The position numbers and the translations under genes were made by a program. A stretch of DNA of 64,000 bases from a virus, in IMG/VR virus record IMGVR_UViG_3300025132_000021, positions 64,001 to 128,000 of that record; one strand, written 5' to 3'. The notes beneath the pieces were generated by a model. The model searched no databases, was not told the DNA's origin, and saw only the letters and a list, made by a program, of their open reading frames with translations. Positions 63,936 to 64,000 of the stretch are shown in pieces (position 1 is the stretch's first letter; the number at the start of each line of letters is the position of its first letter).

Positions 63936-64000
63936 TCTTTCACCTCATCAAGTTTATACGGCGGGTCGCAGAAAAAACATTCTCCTTTTTTTGTCAAACT

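Noticed and set aside
63932-64000. DPPY in the partial minus-strand ORF at the window end as a second methyltransferase
   Set aside because: The frame stops seven codons after DPPY and only 22 codons are visible; insufficient evidence.

Overview
This window looks like part of the genome of a large archaeal virus, or virus-like element, rather than a cellular chromosome. It is AT-rich, gene-dense and mostly ORFans, with no ribosomal or metabolic core genes. Replication and repair genes are PolD large subunit DP2, a divergent MCM helicase, an OB-fold SSB candidate, an ATP-dependent ligase, a minimal PolX, a dNMP kinase and an adenine MTase. Morphogenesis candidates are a HerA/FtsK-type ATPase, four paralogous beta-rich (single jelly-roll-like) capsid proteins, two more jelly-roll-like proteins, a 1375-aa fibre and many small membrane proteins. 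Glycan-modifying enzymes and tRNA-Ala(UGC) are also present. The host is inferred to be a marine euryarchaeon, possibly Marine Group II/Poseidoniales. Two systems stand out. (1) About 30 genes share a leaderless promoter, TTAAGTA(GTCG/TCAG), almost always exactly 29 nt before the ATG; its TAA/TAG often doubles as the stop codon of the previous gene. A second motif marks replication genes. (2) More than 20 proteins, many of them membrane-anchored, are punctuated by a Phi-x-A-[E/D] motif (FGAE, FEAE, YGAE, MAAE, FDAD). The motif brackets discrete domains: PolX, an ADP-ribosyltransferase-like domain, a kinase, WGR, a JAB metalloprotease and a DVNP-like DNA-compaction peptide. This suggests a virion-cargo polyprotein processing system. 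All protein calls are by eye from motifs; no searches were run. In the evidence fields, P-I means the first base of the class I TTAAGTA box.
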